Shown here: positions 52,346 to 64,000 of the stretch, piece by piece
Layout of the letters: each line of letters begins with the position of its first letter
Position numbering within the stretch: the stretch's first letter is position 1
DNA from: Psilocybe cubensis
Lineage: Eukaryota
Direction of reading: 5' to 3'
Length of the DNA: 64,000 nucleotides
NCBI GenBank assembly: GCA_017499595.2
Contig: CM039004.1
Location: forward strand, 2,542,001-2,606,000
Program-made: the position numbers and the translations under genes
Notes under the pieces: generated by a model
What the model was told of the DNA's origin: nothing
Databases searched by the model: none
Seen by the model: only the letters and a program-made list of their open reading frames with translations

Positions 52346-53453
52346 GCTGACGAGTAGATGTCTGAAAGGAAATTTGATGATGATGGCGAAATTGTGTTAA
52401 AGGTTTTATACCGAGCTTTTGCGTGTGTGAAAACAGTGGCTTCTGGCAGAATAACGTATTGGCTTGGCCATGGAGAGCCTTGTTAGATACACCTGTACTC
52501 TCCCGCAGTCATTACAGCCTCATTATAAGAGTGTTGCCACGATTTGCGGTGATCGTCGTCCATAATTGGCGCCGAATTTTCTTATTTTACAAAGGCTAAG
52601 AGACTAAGATATAGCTGAAATAGGTGTTCTGAACGCTGTGTATTACGACTGACCACCCGTTTTTCTTTACGCGCAGCAGTAATTGGCAGGATCTTTGAAG
52701 TAGTTCTTGGAGATAAGAGAAAAAATCTACAGAACTTTGTAGATGCAATCAAAACCGTGACATGATGCAATGTTCGATTCCTCTTTCTAGAGCAACTTCT
52801 TCATTGCCGTGATAATATAATATCAAGTCAAAACCTTCAAAACCGCTGTTAAGCCTCCAAAAAGACAAATCGACTAACAGTAACATCAAGGTTAATCAAA
52901 TTAAATCAATGGCAGTAGGAAAATATTTAGACAATGATTTGCCATGAAGTTAAGGAAGGGTAGACTCGTTGAATATGACACTATCCAAGTTTCTGACAAA
53001 CGAATGAGTGCCAATACTCTAACTTCCCGGGCGCCGTCACTGTAAAGTTAAACCGCTGTGTAATACAGTTTACGTTGCTTTGGACCCACACCGACCAAAT
53101 CCGGGCGCCGGGCCGAAGTGTTTGCCTTTAAAGAAGATATGGCCGAACCTCATCCACCAGACAGCATGCCAGCGAATTCGAAAATCTTGTGATATACATG
53201 AACCTGCTAAACTGACCGCAGAAGTACAACAAAACGTAAAGGTGACTATTATTGCTGATGAGCGTGAAATCGTAACTTAATCATGGTACGTAGGGATATA
53301 AATACAACAAGGTGAAGCTTGGGTGAAGCATGAATTGAAAAAGAAAAAAGACAGCGAAATAGAGAAAAATGCCTGATCGAATCCTGAATCCGCAGTAACG
53401 TAAAATCGTAAAAAATAATTTATAACCAATTGAAGAAAGTCTGAAGAAAAAGA

Positions 53454-56400
53454 TCACCGTGGAGGTCCTTTCTTCGCCGTCGCGGGTCCTTTCTTTGCAA
53501 CCTGGCCCGTTCCCATTTTGCCTTTGGCGGCTAATTGAGCTTGTTGAGCCTGAAATTGGGCCACCTGAGCCAGATGAGCCATTTGCTGCGGGGTTACCTT
53601 GCCCGCCATTGCTTGTTGGTGCACAGCACCGGGACCAGCACCCATAGTTAAGTTCATCCTTTGTGCATGCATGGCCTTCTGATTAGCCATCATCGATAAA
53701 TGTTGTTGAGTCAGTTGTGTATTCTGGCCGTTTATCATCATCCCTTGACTACCGCTCGCTCCACCCTGGAGCTGCTGCATCTGAATTTGAAATGCTTGCT
53801 GTTGCTGCTGAGGCGTAAGGTTTTGAACTGTGTTCATCCCTCCTGCTTGACGCCAGTACGGGTTCATCTGATTGAAGTTCTGATAATTGTTATACAGTGC
53901 GTATTGCGCCGCCATTTGCTGATTCATTTGTGGGTTCATTTGTACATTGTTGTTGAGTGCTTGCTGATTCAGCTGTTGGTTCATCTGCGCATTCATCTGC
54001 ACGGAATTGTTAAGCCCTTGAGGTGAGACCTGGAGATGTGGTTGTTGATGATTCGCAGGCTGTATATGGACCTGTTGTTGCGCCAGAGCTTGAGATTGTG
54101 CTTGCGCCTGAGCCTGCGCCTGAGCCTGAGCTTGTGCCTGAGCCTGCGCTTGCGCCTGAACATGAACCTGTGCTCTAGCAGCTTGGGCAGCATGTGTCGC
54201 TTGAACCTGCGCTGGGGTGAGTCCCTGGTGAAGTTGAGCGGCTTGTTGCATCGTGGGCGATCCCGCGGCAATCCCTTGCATTTGCTGCTGCTGAGCAGCC
54301 TGTTGTTGCAAAGGCGTCGGTCGCCGTATAATTGGCGTTTGGCCTGACATCATCATCTGCCCCATCTGTGGCTTCCCATCTGCACCCATGGCTGGCGTTA
54401 GAGGTCGGCCGTTCATGCGAGGCGAAGCGGTAGCCATGATTGGCGTCCCGTTGGCAGTAGCCGGAATGTTATTGGGCGGGGGCATGTGGCTCTGCTGCGG
54501 AGATCCATGGTTCATAGCGCGTATCTGAGCTGCATTAAGCTGAGGTGTGCCCGTAGGCCGGGCAGATTGCATCAACACGCTCTGGGATGCCAAATGGTGC
54601 TGCTGTGATCCCTGAGGTTGCTGTGGCTGACCTTGCTGCGCTAATTGTGCCTTTGCAATCATAGGCGACATACGACTGGATGGGCCTGCAGATAACTGTT
54701 GTGGAAGCACTAATGGACTTCCGCGCGCGGGCGAAGGAGTAGCGGCCACGCTTGGGGGCCGTGGATGCGGTTGCTGCTGAGCTTGCCCCTGATTTATCTG
54801 CATTGGAATTTGGGGTGTAGCACGCCCCCCATTTTTCTGGGTATTGGAAATGGCCACACTCGCCCGTTGCTGCTGCTGCATGAGAGCTTGAGCGCTTTGT
54901 TGCTGTTGCTGTTGCTGCTGCTGTTGAAGTTGTTGTTGTGACTGTTGAAGTTGTTGAACATACAACTGTCCGCTATTTTGCTGCGACGACCCAACAAGCT
55001 GTTGTTGAGTGGGAGTTCCATTGTTGATGTGCGTCTTCGGGGGCTGACGCGGGTTTGGAGGCTGCTGGAGGAAATGTGCATTGGGTATATGGGGTTGGAA
55101 TTGGGTAGCACCGGAGGGATAGGGTTGCGGTGTTGGTTGAGTACGCGGAGGGCTCATCGCGTTTTGCTGAGGTTTGGGTGATTGTGTAAAGCGCGGGACT
55201 TGCGGTTGTTGCTGAGCCACTTGATGTTGTTGCGAAATTTGTTGTACATGCTGTTGCTGAGGTTGTGGGTGAGTCTGACGGGGTTGGGACGGCGGTCGCT
55301 GTTGTAGATGTTGAATTGGAGATTGTTGAGGTTGTGACTGGGATTGTGTTACATGCGGCTGTTGAGATGGTTGTTGCTGAATCTGCGGAGGTTGTTGTTG
55401 CGGCTGTTGGTAGTGCATATACTGCTGTTGCTGCTGAGGTTGTTGCTGGATTTGTGCTTGATTGGGTTGCGGCTGAGCGGGAGTGGCAGACCGCTGGGCA
55501 GCCTCAGTGGACGCCTGGACATTTGGGTATACTTGTGGCTGAATACCAGGACTTGACAGATTCGGAGGGTGCTGGTTTACGAATTGATGCGTAGGTTGGG
55601 GTGGAACTGGGGTATGCGAGCCATTCGCTGGTGCAAAAGCAACTCCATAGGGGGCTGCGGGGGTGTTGTTTATCTTCTGTTTCTTGTGACCCTTTCCTTC
55701 TGTTATATTCGCTGGCGAGTCCGCCTGAGAGGCAGGTGTTGGTGCCGCAGTGGGTGATGATTGTGACTGAGAATTTAGTAGAAATTGATTCCCAGCAGCA
55801 ATGGGTAGTGCACCCTGGTTCGGATTGCTCTTGTGATTCTGGAAGTAATCCAACATACGGTAACTATAGTCACTGTGAGTTTTATCACCCTGGAAATGGA
55901 TGAAAATCTAAACCTTGGAGTATGTGACTTGTTTTCCCGAGGTGCCATGAAGGTAAGAAGGCGTTCCCGCTTGACCTTCTCTGGTCCATCTTCTTCTGGT
56001 TCTGCAGTGGCAAGTTTGCGCTTGAGCGGAATAGGCGTGCTGGGGGTCGACACTCTCAAAATATGGTTAACGATGCGGGTCAAATGTGGATCGGGGTCAA
56101 GGCACAAGGGTTCTGAAGTCGAAAGCTAACGCAGACAAATCAATCCTGGAGTTACGACGTATGATAAGCGAATTAAATACCAGAAGCTTTGCCTCAACTT
56201 CCAGTGCATCTTGGTCGGTCCATTTGTTGCCGTGTCGTTGGTTCAGCAAACAGAGATCGGCCCATTGAGTTTCGGGATTAGGATGAAGGACAACACGCGT
56301 TTTCTGGGGAACTTTCAAGGCGGGTTCTTGTGTGCCCTGTGGTCGATAATCCAAAAGTTCTACGATCATACATCCTATTTGTGAGGTAAATTTGAGAACC

Positions 56401-56712
56401 ACATCTATGCACAATGCTCGATATCCACACCTTCATAAAAGGGTACCCGGGCAGAGTCAAATAATTCTAAGTAATCCACTGGTATACGGTGAGCACGTAT
56501 ATCGTCAAGAAGAGACTAGATTTCGGTGAGAACTTTGAGTATGATATGAGCAACGGTCTACAACGCACAGCGATTTGGTTATTATACAGAAACTTGGACC
56601 CATTGTTTAAAATCCAGCACTCTGTATGAAGATGCACGGTGAAAGACGGTGGAGAGGACTCTGTCTTCTCGAGCAAGTGCTCAGCAGCGCGTGTCCTGTT
56701 GTAGCCTACCAT
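53454..56712 (-). CDS. SPT20: SAGA complex subunit Spt20 with a long Q/P-rich C-terminus
   Basis: PPSFTVHLH, LLDDIRAHRIP, VPFYEGCMIVELLDYR, VLHPNPET, ALEVEAKLL and PLCLDP motifs of the Spt20 domain, followed by an ~800-aa Gln-rich exon. Confidence 0.88.
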
Positions 56713-56876
56713 AGCGGCCGAGGAGTGAGATAGGAGAGCACAATCCAGGGGCAAGCGCTGTAGAGAGTCGGTGGCTCTTAGCACAATGTGTGGCACTGCA
56801 ACAATACCAGAATACTGATCACGTAAGCCGCGCAATAGGGTCGCGTTAATCAAATCACGTGCAGCAAATATTTCAG
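56713..56876. promoter_or_regulatory. Compact bidirectional promoter between SPT20 and HGH1
   Basis: Only 164 bp separate the divergent ATGs; two TCACGT motifs (about 56819 and 56855), the second forming CACGTG. Confidence 0.6.
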
Positions 56877-58602
56877 ATGGACACCCAGCTTCGCGAAGTA
56901 TGTATTGGGACAACTATCCTCGCTGTACAACCTATATCCTGATTGCTATGAACACAGCTCTTCCCATTTCTCAGGGATAGGAACCCCCAGGTTAGGCAGA
57001 TAGCCCTGGAAAATTTGCTACCCCAAACAGTCAAAGGGGCACCTCACAGAGACATATTTTTTTCTGGGCTCTCGTCTGGGGGATTACAAAAGCCCAAAGA
57101 GAGTGATGTGATCCGAGATCTCAAGGTTTTATGCAGGGATCAGTTGGTATGGCTTTTCAAGGCTCTTCATTAGACTGTTTCTAACCTCGATCCAAGAGCG
57201 TCGCCCATGATGCCTTCAGGGCGTTGGTCAATCTATCTGACTCACCTCTGATGATCGCACCGCTCTCAGAGCAATCCTTTATCAGTTTCATTGCCTCATA
57301 TATTATTGTAAGCCTCTATATAATATTCTCTACATTCTATTTATCTTCTCCGGATTTTAGAACCCTCATTCAATCCTCGCCGATCTTGCATCGATGCTCC
57401 TCTCCAATTTAACTGCAGCCACGACGGCGTGTTCCATCCTCCTTACACTAAAAGTACCAGTTATTCCGGATAGTCGGCTTTCAAATAACACCTATCCAGT
57501 CGAGTCAAGATGTGGTTCATGTCCTGCTCCGGTTCCGTATCCTAGTGCAGATCAAAAGGAAGTGATGGCCTTACCTCTCTTGATCGACGCTTTTGTCGAG
57601 GGCGCGCAGATAGTGGAATCCGGTGATCTTTCTAAACGAACGAGAAAGGCTGAACTTCACTTTTTGGCAAACGTCTTTGCAAATATGACAGTGGTAATCT
57701 TAGACACTGTTACCGAGCAATGCATCTCCCTAATATTCTATAAACTAGTCACCAATCGGGAGAAACTACTTCCTATCCCCCCAGCCCACCACGGTGTCAA
57801 AGCCAAACCAGCCTCTTGAATATCCTTTGGCCAAACTCGTCGCTTTCACTCAACATAAAGACAAGATACGCCGAGGCGGTGTTGCATCTTCCATCAAGTA
57901 AGACACTTCCAGTTCTCGTCTGAGCCGTTAATCATTGCTATGTTTAGAAATTGCGCTTTCAATGCCCGTGGTCACAAAGCCATCCTGAGTCCAGAGTCAG
58001 TACTTGTTGCTGTCCCTCCTTCAAAGGAAACTGCTCCCGGAATCGATGCCTTGCCTAACCTTCTTCTGCCTCTTGCTGGCCCTGAAGAGTTCGATCTCGA
58101 TGTTCGCATACTAAATGATTCTATATGTTCTTTTCGTTTTTCTGACCTCCAAGACATATAGGATCAAGAGAAGCTTCTCGAACCTCTCCAATTTTTACCA
58201 TCAACGAAAACGCGCGAACCTGACGCTACAATCCGATTAACCCATGTTGAAACTTTGCTGCTGCTTTGTCACACTCGCTGGGGACGAGACTATCAACGAG
58301 AACATGGTGTTTACCAAATTGTGCGGGCAGCCCACGAAAACGAGACCGTTGACAAGGTAAAACACAAACCCTTGTTATATGCGATGTGCTAATGTCATGT
58401 GGGTTATTAGATTTCTGAGCATATCGAACGCCTCGTCCAACTCATCCAAGGAGAGGAACCAAAGATTGCGCTTGCCGAAGAAGACGAATTTAACGAACTC
58501 GAAAACGCTCCACAGGCCCAGATGGGATCTGCACCGGAATCCGAGTCCGTGAAGCCTGCTGAAGACTCTGATGATGAAGATATGCGAATCGAGGAGATTT
58601 GA
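56877..58602 (+). CDS. HGH1: Hgh1 (FAM203) eEF2 chaperone, multi-exon
   Basis: ASMLLSNLT, LHFLANVFANMT, IRRGGVAS.IKNCAF, LLLPLAGPEE, FLPSTKTREPD and ETLLLLCHTRWGRDYQREHGVY motifs; acidic tail. Confidence 0.92.
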
Positions 58603-58870
58603 TATGGAATTTCCAGACAAGCGTTTTGGCAGTCTCTCATGTCGAGATAACGCATGGATTTTGCTTAGAATACGAGTAGATCGAATGATGTCACCTGCTT
58701 CAAACTCAATTGACCAGGATCTAAGATGGGGGTGAAACCGTATAGGTCTACTCCCAAAATCAGTCATTCTTGAAAAGCTTTTTTCGCAGAGACGAATGAG
58801 ATACAACGGTTTTTAATTTGAATAACATTTGCTGATTTTTTGCGAGCGCAACATCGACGCTTAAGAAGCA

Positions 58871-60582
58871 CTACTCTTCAAGGAACTTCTTAATTTCTGC
58901 TTGAACAAACGCATCGTCCACAGGGTTTGACCCTCCCCCAGCTGTGACGTCAGTCAGCCACCAAATCCGAACAGGAGTTGAAAAAATTACCAGTATGCCC
59001 CCAGACTGTGTCTATAACCACAAGGCGAGCGGAGCTTGTCAAAGAAGCTATTTCATTAACGCTATCTTCAGGCTAAGATGAAAATTTGTTAGTCACATCG
59101 GTCTCAACATGCACATAGAACGAAAAGCAAATACAGGAAAATATAGATCGGTTTTACTGGGCATGATTAGCCCCTTGGCTGATATTTTACCTAAACAAGC
59201 ATTGAGATCTCCGTTGTCCTTGATTTTAGAAATGTCGCCTCTTTGCCATGTCTGAAGAAGAACAAGAAGATCATTGGCATCCCAATTCTGCAGGAAACGG
59301 TCTTCCCAACGCTCTCGGAGGAAGCTAGCCAGATCAGGATATCTAAACGATGTGTCGATGTGTGCGGATTATCGATGGGCTGTTATGTGCATTAAAACCA
59401 AAAATGCTTACAAGCCATCCCATTTATATTTATGTTCACGGAACCACTACAAAACATTGTGAATAGATGGCCCGTACATACAAGAATCAGGAGAAGAATG
59501 ATGCTTACAGTTTGACCATATGCCCATGCACTATAGACTCGGGCAAAGGCGCGGATACCTCGTTCAGCTCGTTCTTTGTAATGTCCATCATAATAATCCT
59601 TCGAAGCGACCAGTGCCGCCTTCGGGCCTTCCAAAAAGCTAGTTAAATGAGATCAGAACATCAAAAATGCGACAGGCATTGTTAAATCACCATTGATTAT
59701 GGGGACTGGTTCGAGCAGAACCACATATGACGACATATCTTCTCTCGTTGAATACACGAACCTGATATATACATGGCTATGCATACCTCTCGACGAATTC
59801 TGGATACATCACCGGCCAGTGGTATGCCTGAAATAGAGAACCAATAATTAACCATACCGTAATAAGTGCATTTTAATTGATTCGAACCTGTTGACCGCCC
59901 ATTGAGAAACCTATTACTGCAAAAACTTTCTTTACTCCGAGATTTTGAAGTACGGCGTGTTGTGCACGGCTGGCAAAATGGCCAGGAGGTCCAGTTAGAA
60001 CTGAGTAATACCACAAAACAATGCCCCAGAAATTTACACACATGTTGTCCTCATAAGAGACGGCTGGAAAATATGGACCATTGTAGGGAGCAGGCTAAAA
60101 TCCGAGGTTTATCATGAATGAACAGAGAAAGGCGATCGCTAAAATATTCACCGTGTTCGATGGCGAAGACGACTAAACATGAAATGGATCAGCGAAAGGC
60201 TAAATGATCGAGGGATGAACGCACTTCTCCGTTTGAGAACAGCGCAAAAGTGACAATATAATATTTAATGGGATCCATGACCTAACAAAACCATGAGAAC
60301 GGTAGTATTGCTATATGACTATCCATATGAAATGTACCTTTCCTTCTCCAACCATATAAACCTGACCTTCATGAGAAAGTGATTCAGTTCTTGAACTCGC
60401 AAATGCCCCCTTGTTACCCAATGCTTACTATCCAGCTTAGCCCCAAAACAAGTCGGAAAGACGATGCAAGGCTTGTCTGGATTTCCATAGGTACGATAGG
60501 CAGTGACAGCGTCAGGGAGTACACCACCTGCGACAGTGAACCGGCCGTGATGATGATACTGCGTGGGTGGTTGGGTAGCCAT
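58871..60582 (-). CDS. Homoserine O-acetyltransferase-like alpha/beta hydrolase, many exons
   Basis: AYRTYG, FPTCFG, FSNG, nucleophile elbow GFSMGGQQAYHW, SARTSPHN..FLEGPKAAL and DSVWGH..GGG. Confidence 0.85.
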
Positions 60583-61094
60583 GGCTGAAAGGAATTTTCA
60601 TTCTCATGAAGGTCATAAGAGTAGGAATATATAGTCGCGATCTGAACAATATATGTGATAAGAAGTAACAGCTAGGGAAACAGAATGAAGGTCAGCATAT
60701 GCACTTGCGTGAGAAATTGATTCAATTTCTCATGGACTTCGTTCGCTGAGATAACTGGATGAAATTGGTGTTTGTGGGATAGCATATATCGAATCTTGCT
60801 TTGAACCTAAGCATCATAATCAAGTGTGTAGAAAGATCATTTAATGCAGATGTGGTCTGAAAATGCGAGAAAGCAACTGTCCGGAAACAAATCTGTCAGT
60901 GATGCTTTTCATTCATCGGCAAGTCGCGATAGCATTGCGGTGAGTCGTGACCAGTTCGAAGATAAACCTGAAGACAAAAAACAATACAATGTTCGAACAA
61001 CTATCGAGTAAAATATAGGATTAAATGGACAAGTATATACAGAAGAAGAACGTTAGACAGGATAAAAATTATGGACTTTGAAAAATATTATGTG

Positions 61095-62158
61095 TCATCG
61101 AATTTTTCCTGATAAAATAGAAGAAAACGACACCGTGTCAACATCTTGAATGCCGCTGTTAATCAAGTCCACGACAGAGTCCAGAATATTGCAACATGGT
61201 AACTCCCATTCATTGAGGCCTTCCCTGCATAACGGCATTGCAGCCTGGTGCCTCCTGAAGCTATCTTCAATAAACTTTGGGAAATCGCTCAAGGACCGTA
61301 AACCCTCCATGGTCGTATTCATCCAATGACTGACAGCCATGGAACAACAACGTCTTTCCAAGTCAAGACGGTTTTCTCCACGAGAATCGCGGTGTATCTG
61401 CATATCTAGGTAGGTTTGTGCGTCCGCAAACAATAGCCTGTGACATTTTTGCAGGTAAAAGGCCTGAGATAACTGATAAGCATTCCTTCAATAAGGGATA
61501 GCGAGCGGATGGCCATACCCATTGGTAAATGCTATGTATGGGATATCCACCCGCGAGAAGTTTCATAACAGGCCAAAGACAGGCTTGACGAGCACTTGCA
61601 TCGATTAATTTGGTGACATCGTGCTTCATAGCATGTACCAGAATAGGAATTGTGCAATCTTGTCGCGGTATCAACATGCTAAACAGTGCATCAAATCCAA
61701 TGAGTGTAAGTGAGCAAGTCTTTGGCTAAGAAAATAACTCACAGAAATCTCAAATCGCACATCGCCTTGCCTGCGTACATTTGATACTTTTCTGCCGCCT
61801 CCGCCACCTGCATTAAGAGGTCGAATTCCAAATCCTCGATATTGCCAATTTTTTCGGCATAAACGAACTGGAATAGAACTTCAAGGACCTCGCCGGGCTC
61901 TTGCAATTGCACCACTTCCCCATTTGCATCGAACTCGGCGCCGGGAAACACTCCAGCGGCAGTACCAAGTCTGACTCGATGTAGGTTGAATAGAATATTG
62001 TCAGAGGAGCAGCAGGTGACATCAGAGTCGCTGAAGTCAACTACAATGAGAAACGGACGTTGATGTCAATCATCCTGACCCGACCAGGGAGAAATGAAAG
62101 TTTGCTTACAGTCAGGGTGTGTAGTTGGATTAGTCTCTCCAGCACTTTCCCCCGACAT
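61095..62158 (-). CDS. BTB/POZ-like domain protein (Agaricomycete-expanded family)
   Basis: SDVTCCSSDNILFNLHRVRL..AGVFP...VVQLQEPGEVLEVLFQFVY...VAEAAEKY; the 3' exon structure is uncertain. Confidence 0.72.
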
Positions 62159-62937
62159 GGCAGGATGGTAAAGGATGTCCTATAAGAGCGTAAGAGTATG
62201 CAAAAAGCCTTTTAATCCTTCAATGATGTTGAAACATGGATCACAACGATGTCCCAGACAAGCGAGCAGATTTGCTTCCTTCCCCCATAAGAAACATAAC
62301 TCCTATGGTGAGGCATTCCGAGGTAAAACGGAGACCTTGTGCCTATCGACTTCAATAGACCTGGGTTTCAGAGCCTGAGCAAGCAGTGAAGAAAGCCTAT
62401 AGTAAAAAATAACGTTGATCAATTAACTGAACGTAACAAAAGGCTTAGGGCACGGAAAGGAAATTAGGAGATTTACCATTGACGGTTTCATGATATCCCG
62501 CATTCATTTGTCCCTGTCCAGAGTCTATATCCAAAGCCTCTCCGGCCCCCGTTGGAATTCATGTGGAGAAGTTCGCGGTTGAATGCCTTTCAATTTGAGT
62601 CGCAAGGAGTCCCGCTTGTCAAAAAGGCCATGATCCAAGTGTCCAAAGCACAGACAGTAGAACCATAGAATGCTTTCAATGTGTTCAAAAGATCCGACAG
62701 CGAACGGCAGCCCGGTGCATGCACCCAAGTCTCAGTAGGTTTGCAAACCTTAGCTGCGTTGACGGTGGAGGTGAGACATTTGCACAATACCCGCACAGAC
62801 TCGGACAACGAAGGGCCATTTTTACACCCCCTGTGAGTGTACTAGCGCAGTGCGGCACCAGGGCACGACATCAGCGGGAAAACTGGCGTGGTTCTTGACT
62901 CCCCGCCCGATAAGAGCTAAAATGGATGTTTTAGTCC

Positions 62938-64000
62938 ATGAGCAGATCATCATCTGGGCCTAATTGTAGCACGAGGAAGGTCTCACGAGGGGCTATGACT
63001 ATATCACCCTCTACGTCGTCTGTTGTTCGAGACGCCTACTTCCAGATCCCCAGGGAATGGCATCTGGTGAGCAACATTTTATCATCTGCTAGTATTTTCT
63101 CTCAATATGAGCCAGGAAGTGTCTCTTTCCCTGTGTCCGAATCTCATGGGAAACCAGCATCGCCGTTGAAGGCGCCCCATCTGCCGTTTAGGAGAATATC
63201 ACTACCAACTGCCCCTTCCTTGTTACATCGTGTCTCTGTTGTCAGTGCCACATCGTCTGAAGAGGCGGCAGATAGTTCGAACTCTCAGAGTGTGCGGCCA
63301 GCCATCAAGACCCATGGAAAGGTCGCGCAGAGTCGACCTGTTTCATCCGCGTCGCCTAGGAATCGGAATCGAAAGCGCGATTCGAGTGTTAAACCAACCG
63401 ACGACAAACAAGCAGCTAAGCGAAGAAAGGTTGTTGACGAATTTTACGAGACGGAGAAAGCATACGTCGATGGCTTAGAACTAATTTATGCAGTGAGCTA
63501 CATAAATGCTTCAGACTTGATTGCATGCTGACTTGAATGTAGCATTTTCTGACACCAATCATTTCTTCTTTGGATACTCCGGATCCCTTGCTGAATCGCT
63601 CAGCATTAACCTCAATATTCTCAAATTTCATTGATATATGGAATCTTCATCGATCCTTTCTCTCAGCCCTTACTTCTATCTTAGAACCGACGCAAGCAGG
63701 ATCAAATGTACCACCACCAAACCTTTCTTCTTTCCTATTGGCGCACTTCCCCTATCTTTCTCTGTACACTCCCTTTGTAACAGCATTTCCATCGACGATC
63801 TCATCCCTTAACGAACTTATCACGAACACCAGTCCACAATATAATCAACGCTTTGCCGCCTTTCTTGCGGGCCAGGAAGCCGACCCGCGCTGCGGAAAAC
63901 TTAAACTGAGGGATTGGCTCTTGACGATCGTCCAGCGTTGCCCACGATATTTACTTTTACTCAAAGACCTTATAAATTCGACAAGTAAAGAGGACCCAGA
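62938..64000 (+). CDS. Rho guanine-nucleotide exchange factor (Dbl-homology domain), 3' end outside window
   Basis: KRRKVVDEFYETEKAYVDGLELIY/HFLTP...IFSNFIDIWNLH...LKLRDWLLTIVQRCPRYLLLLKDL; intron about 63494-63543. The start could be ATG 62938 or 62995. Confidence 0.9.

Overview
Intron-rich eukaryotic DNA from a mushroom-forming basidiomycete (Agaricomycete-type gene content, short GT-AG introns with CTRAC branch sites). I can model 22 protein-coding genes: an RTC4-domain protein (5' truncated), two F-box-like proteins (one with a probable frameshift), an intronless repeat protein, a KAT14/ATAC2-like GNAT acetyltransferase, a DUF6533-like membrane protein, six paralogous short-chain dehydrogenases (SDRs) in two groups of three, a very large low-complexity GATA zinc-finger transcription factor (~1659 aa) with a ~7 kb gene-free upstream region, an uncharacterised CxxC protein, DED1, SEC72, an RTA1-family protein, SPT20, HGH1, a homoserine O-acetyltransferase-like hydrolase, a BTB-like protein and a RhoGEF (3' truncated). 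A ~660-bp non-autonomous DNA transposon with perfect 36-bp terminal inverted repeats lies at 44058-44717. The most striking structure is a central domain (~18-34 kb) around the GATA gene in which coding, intronic and intergenic DNA is saturated with slippage-type repeats. It is flanked by the two SDR groups in roughly mirror order, and the SDR copy inside it has gained long low-complexity loop insertions. Gene models were spliced by eye and family calls rest on recalled motifs, not database searches. No tRNA, rRNA or CRISPR features were recognised.
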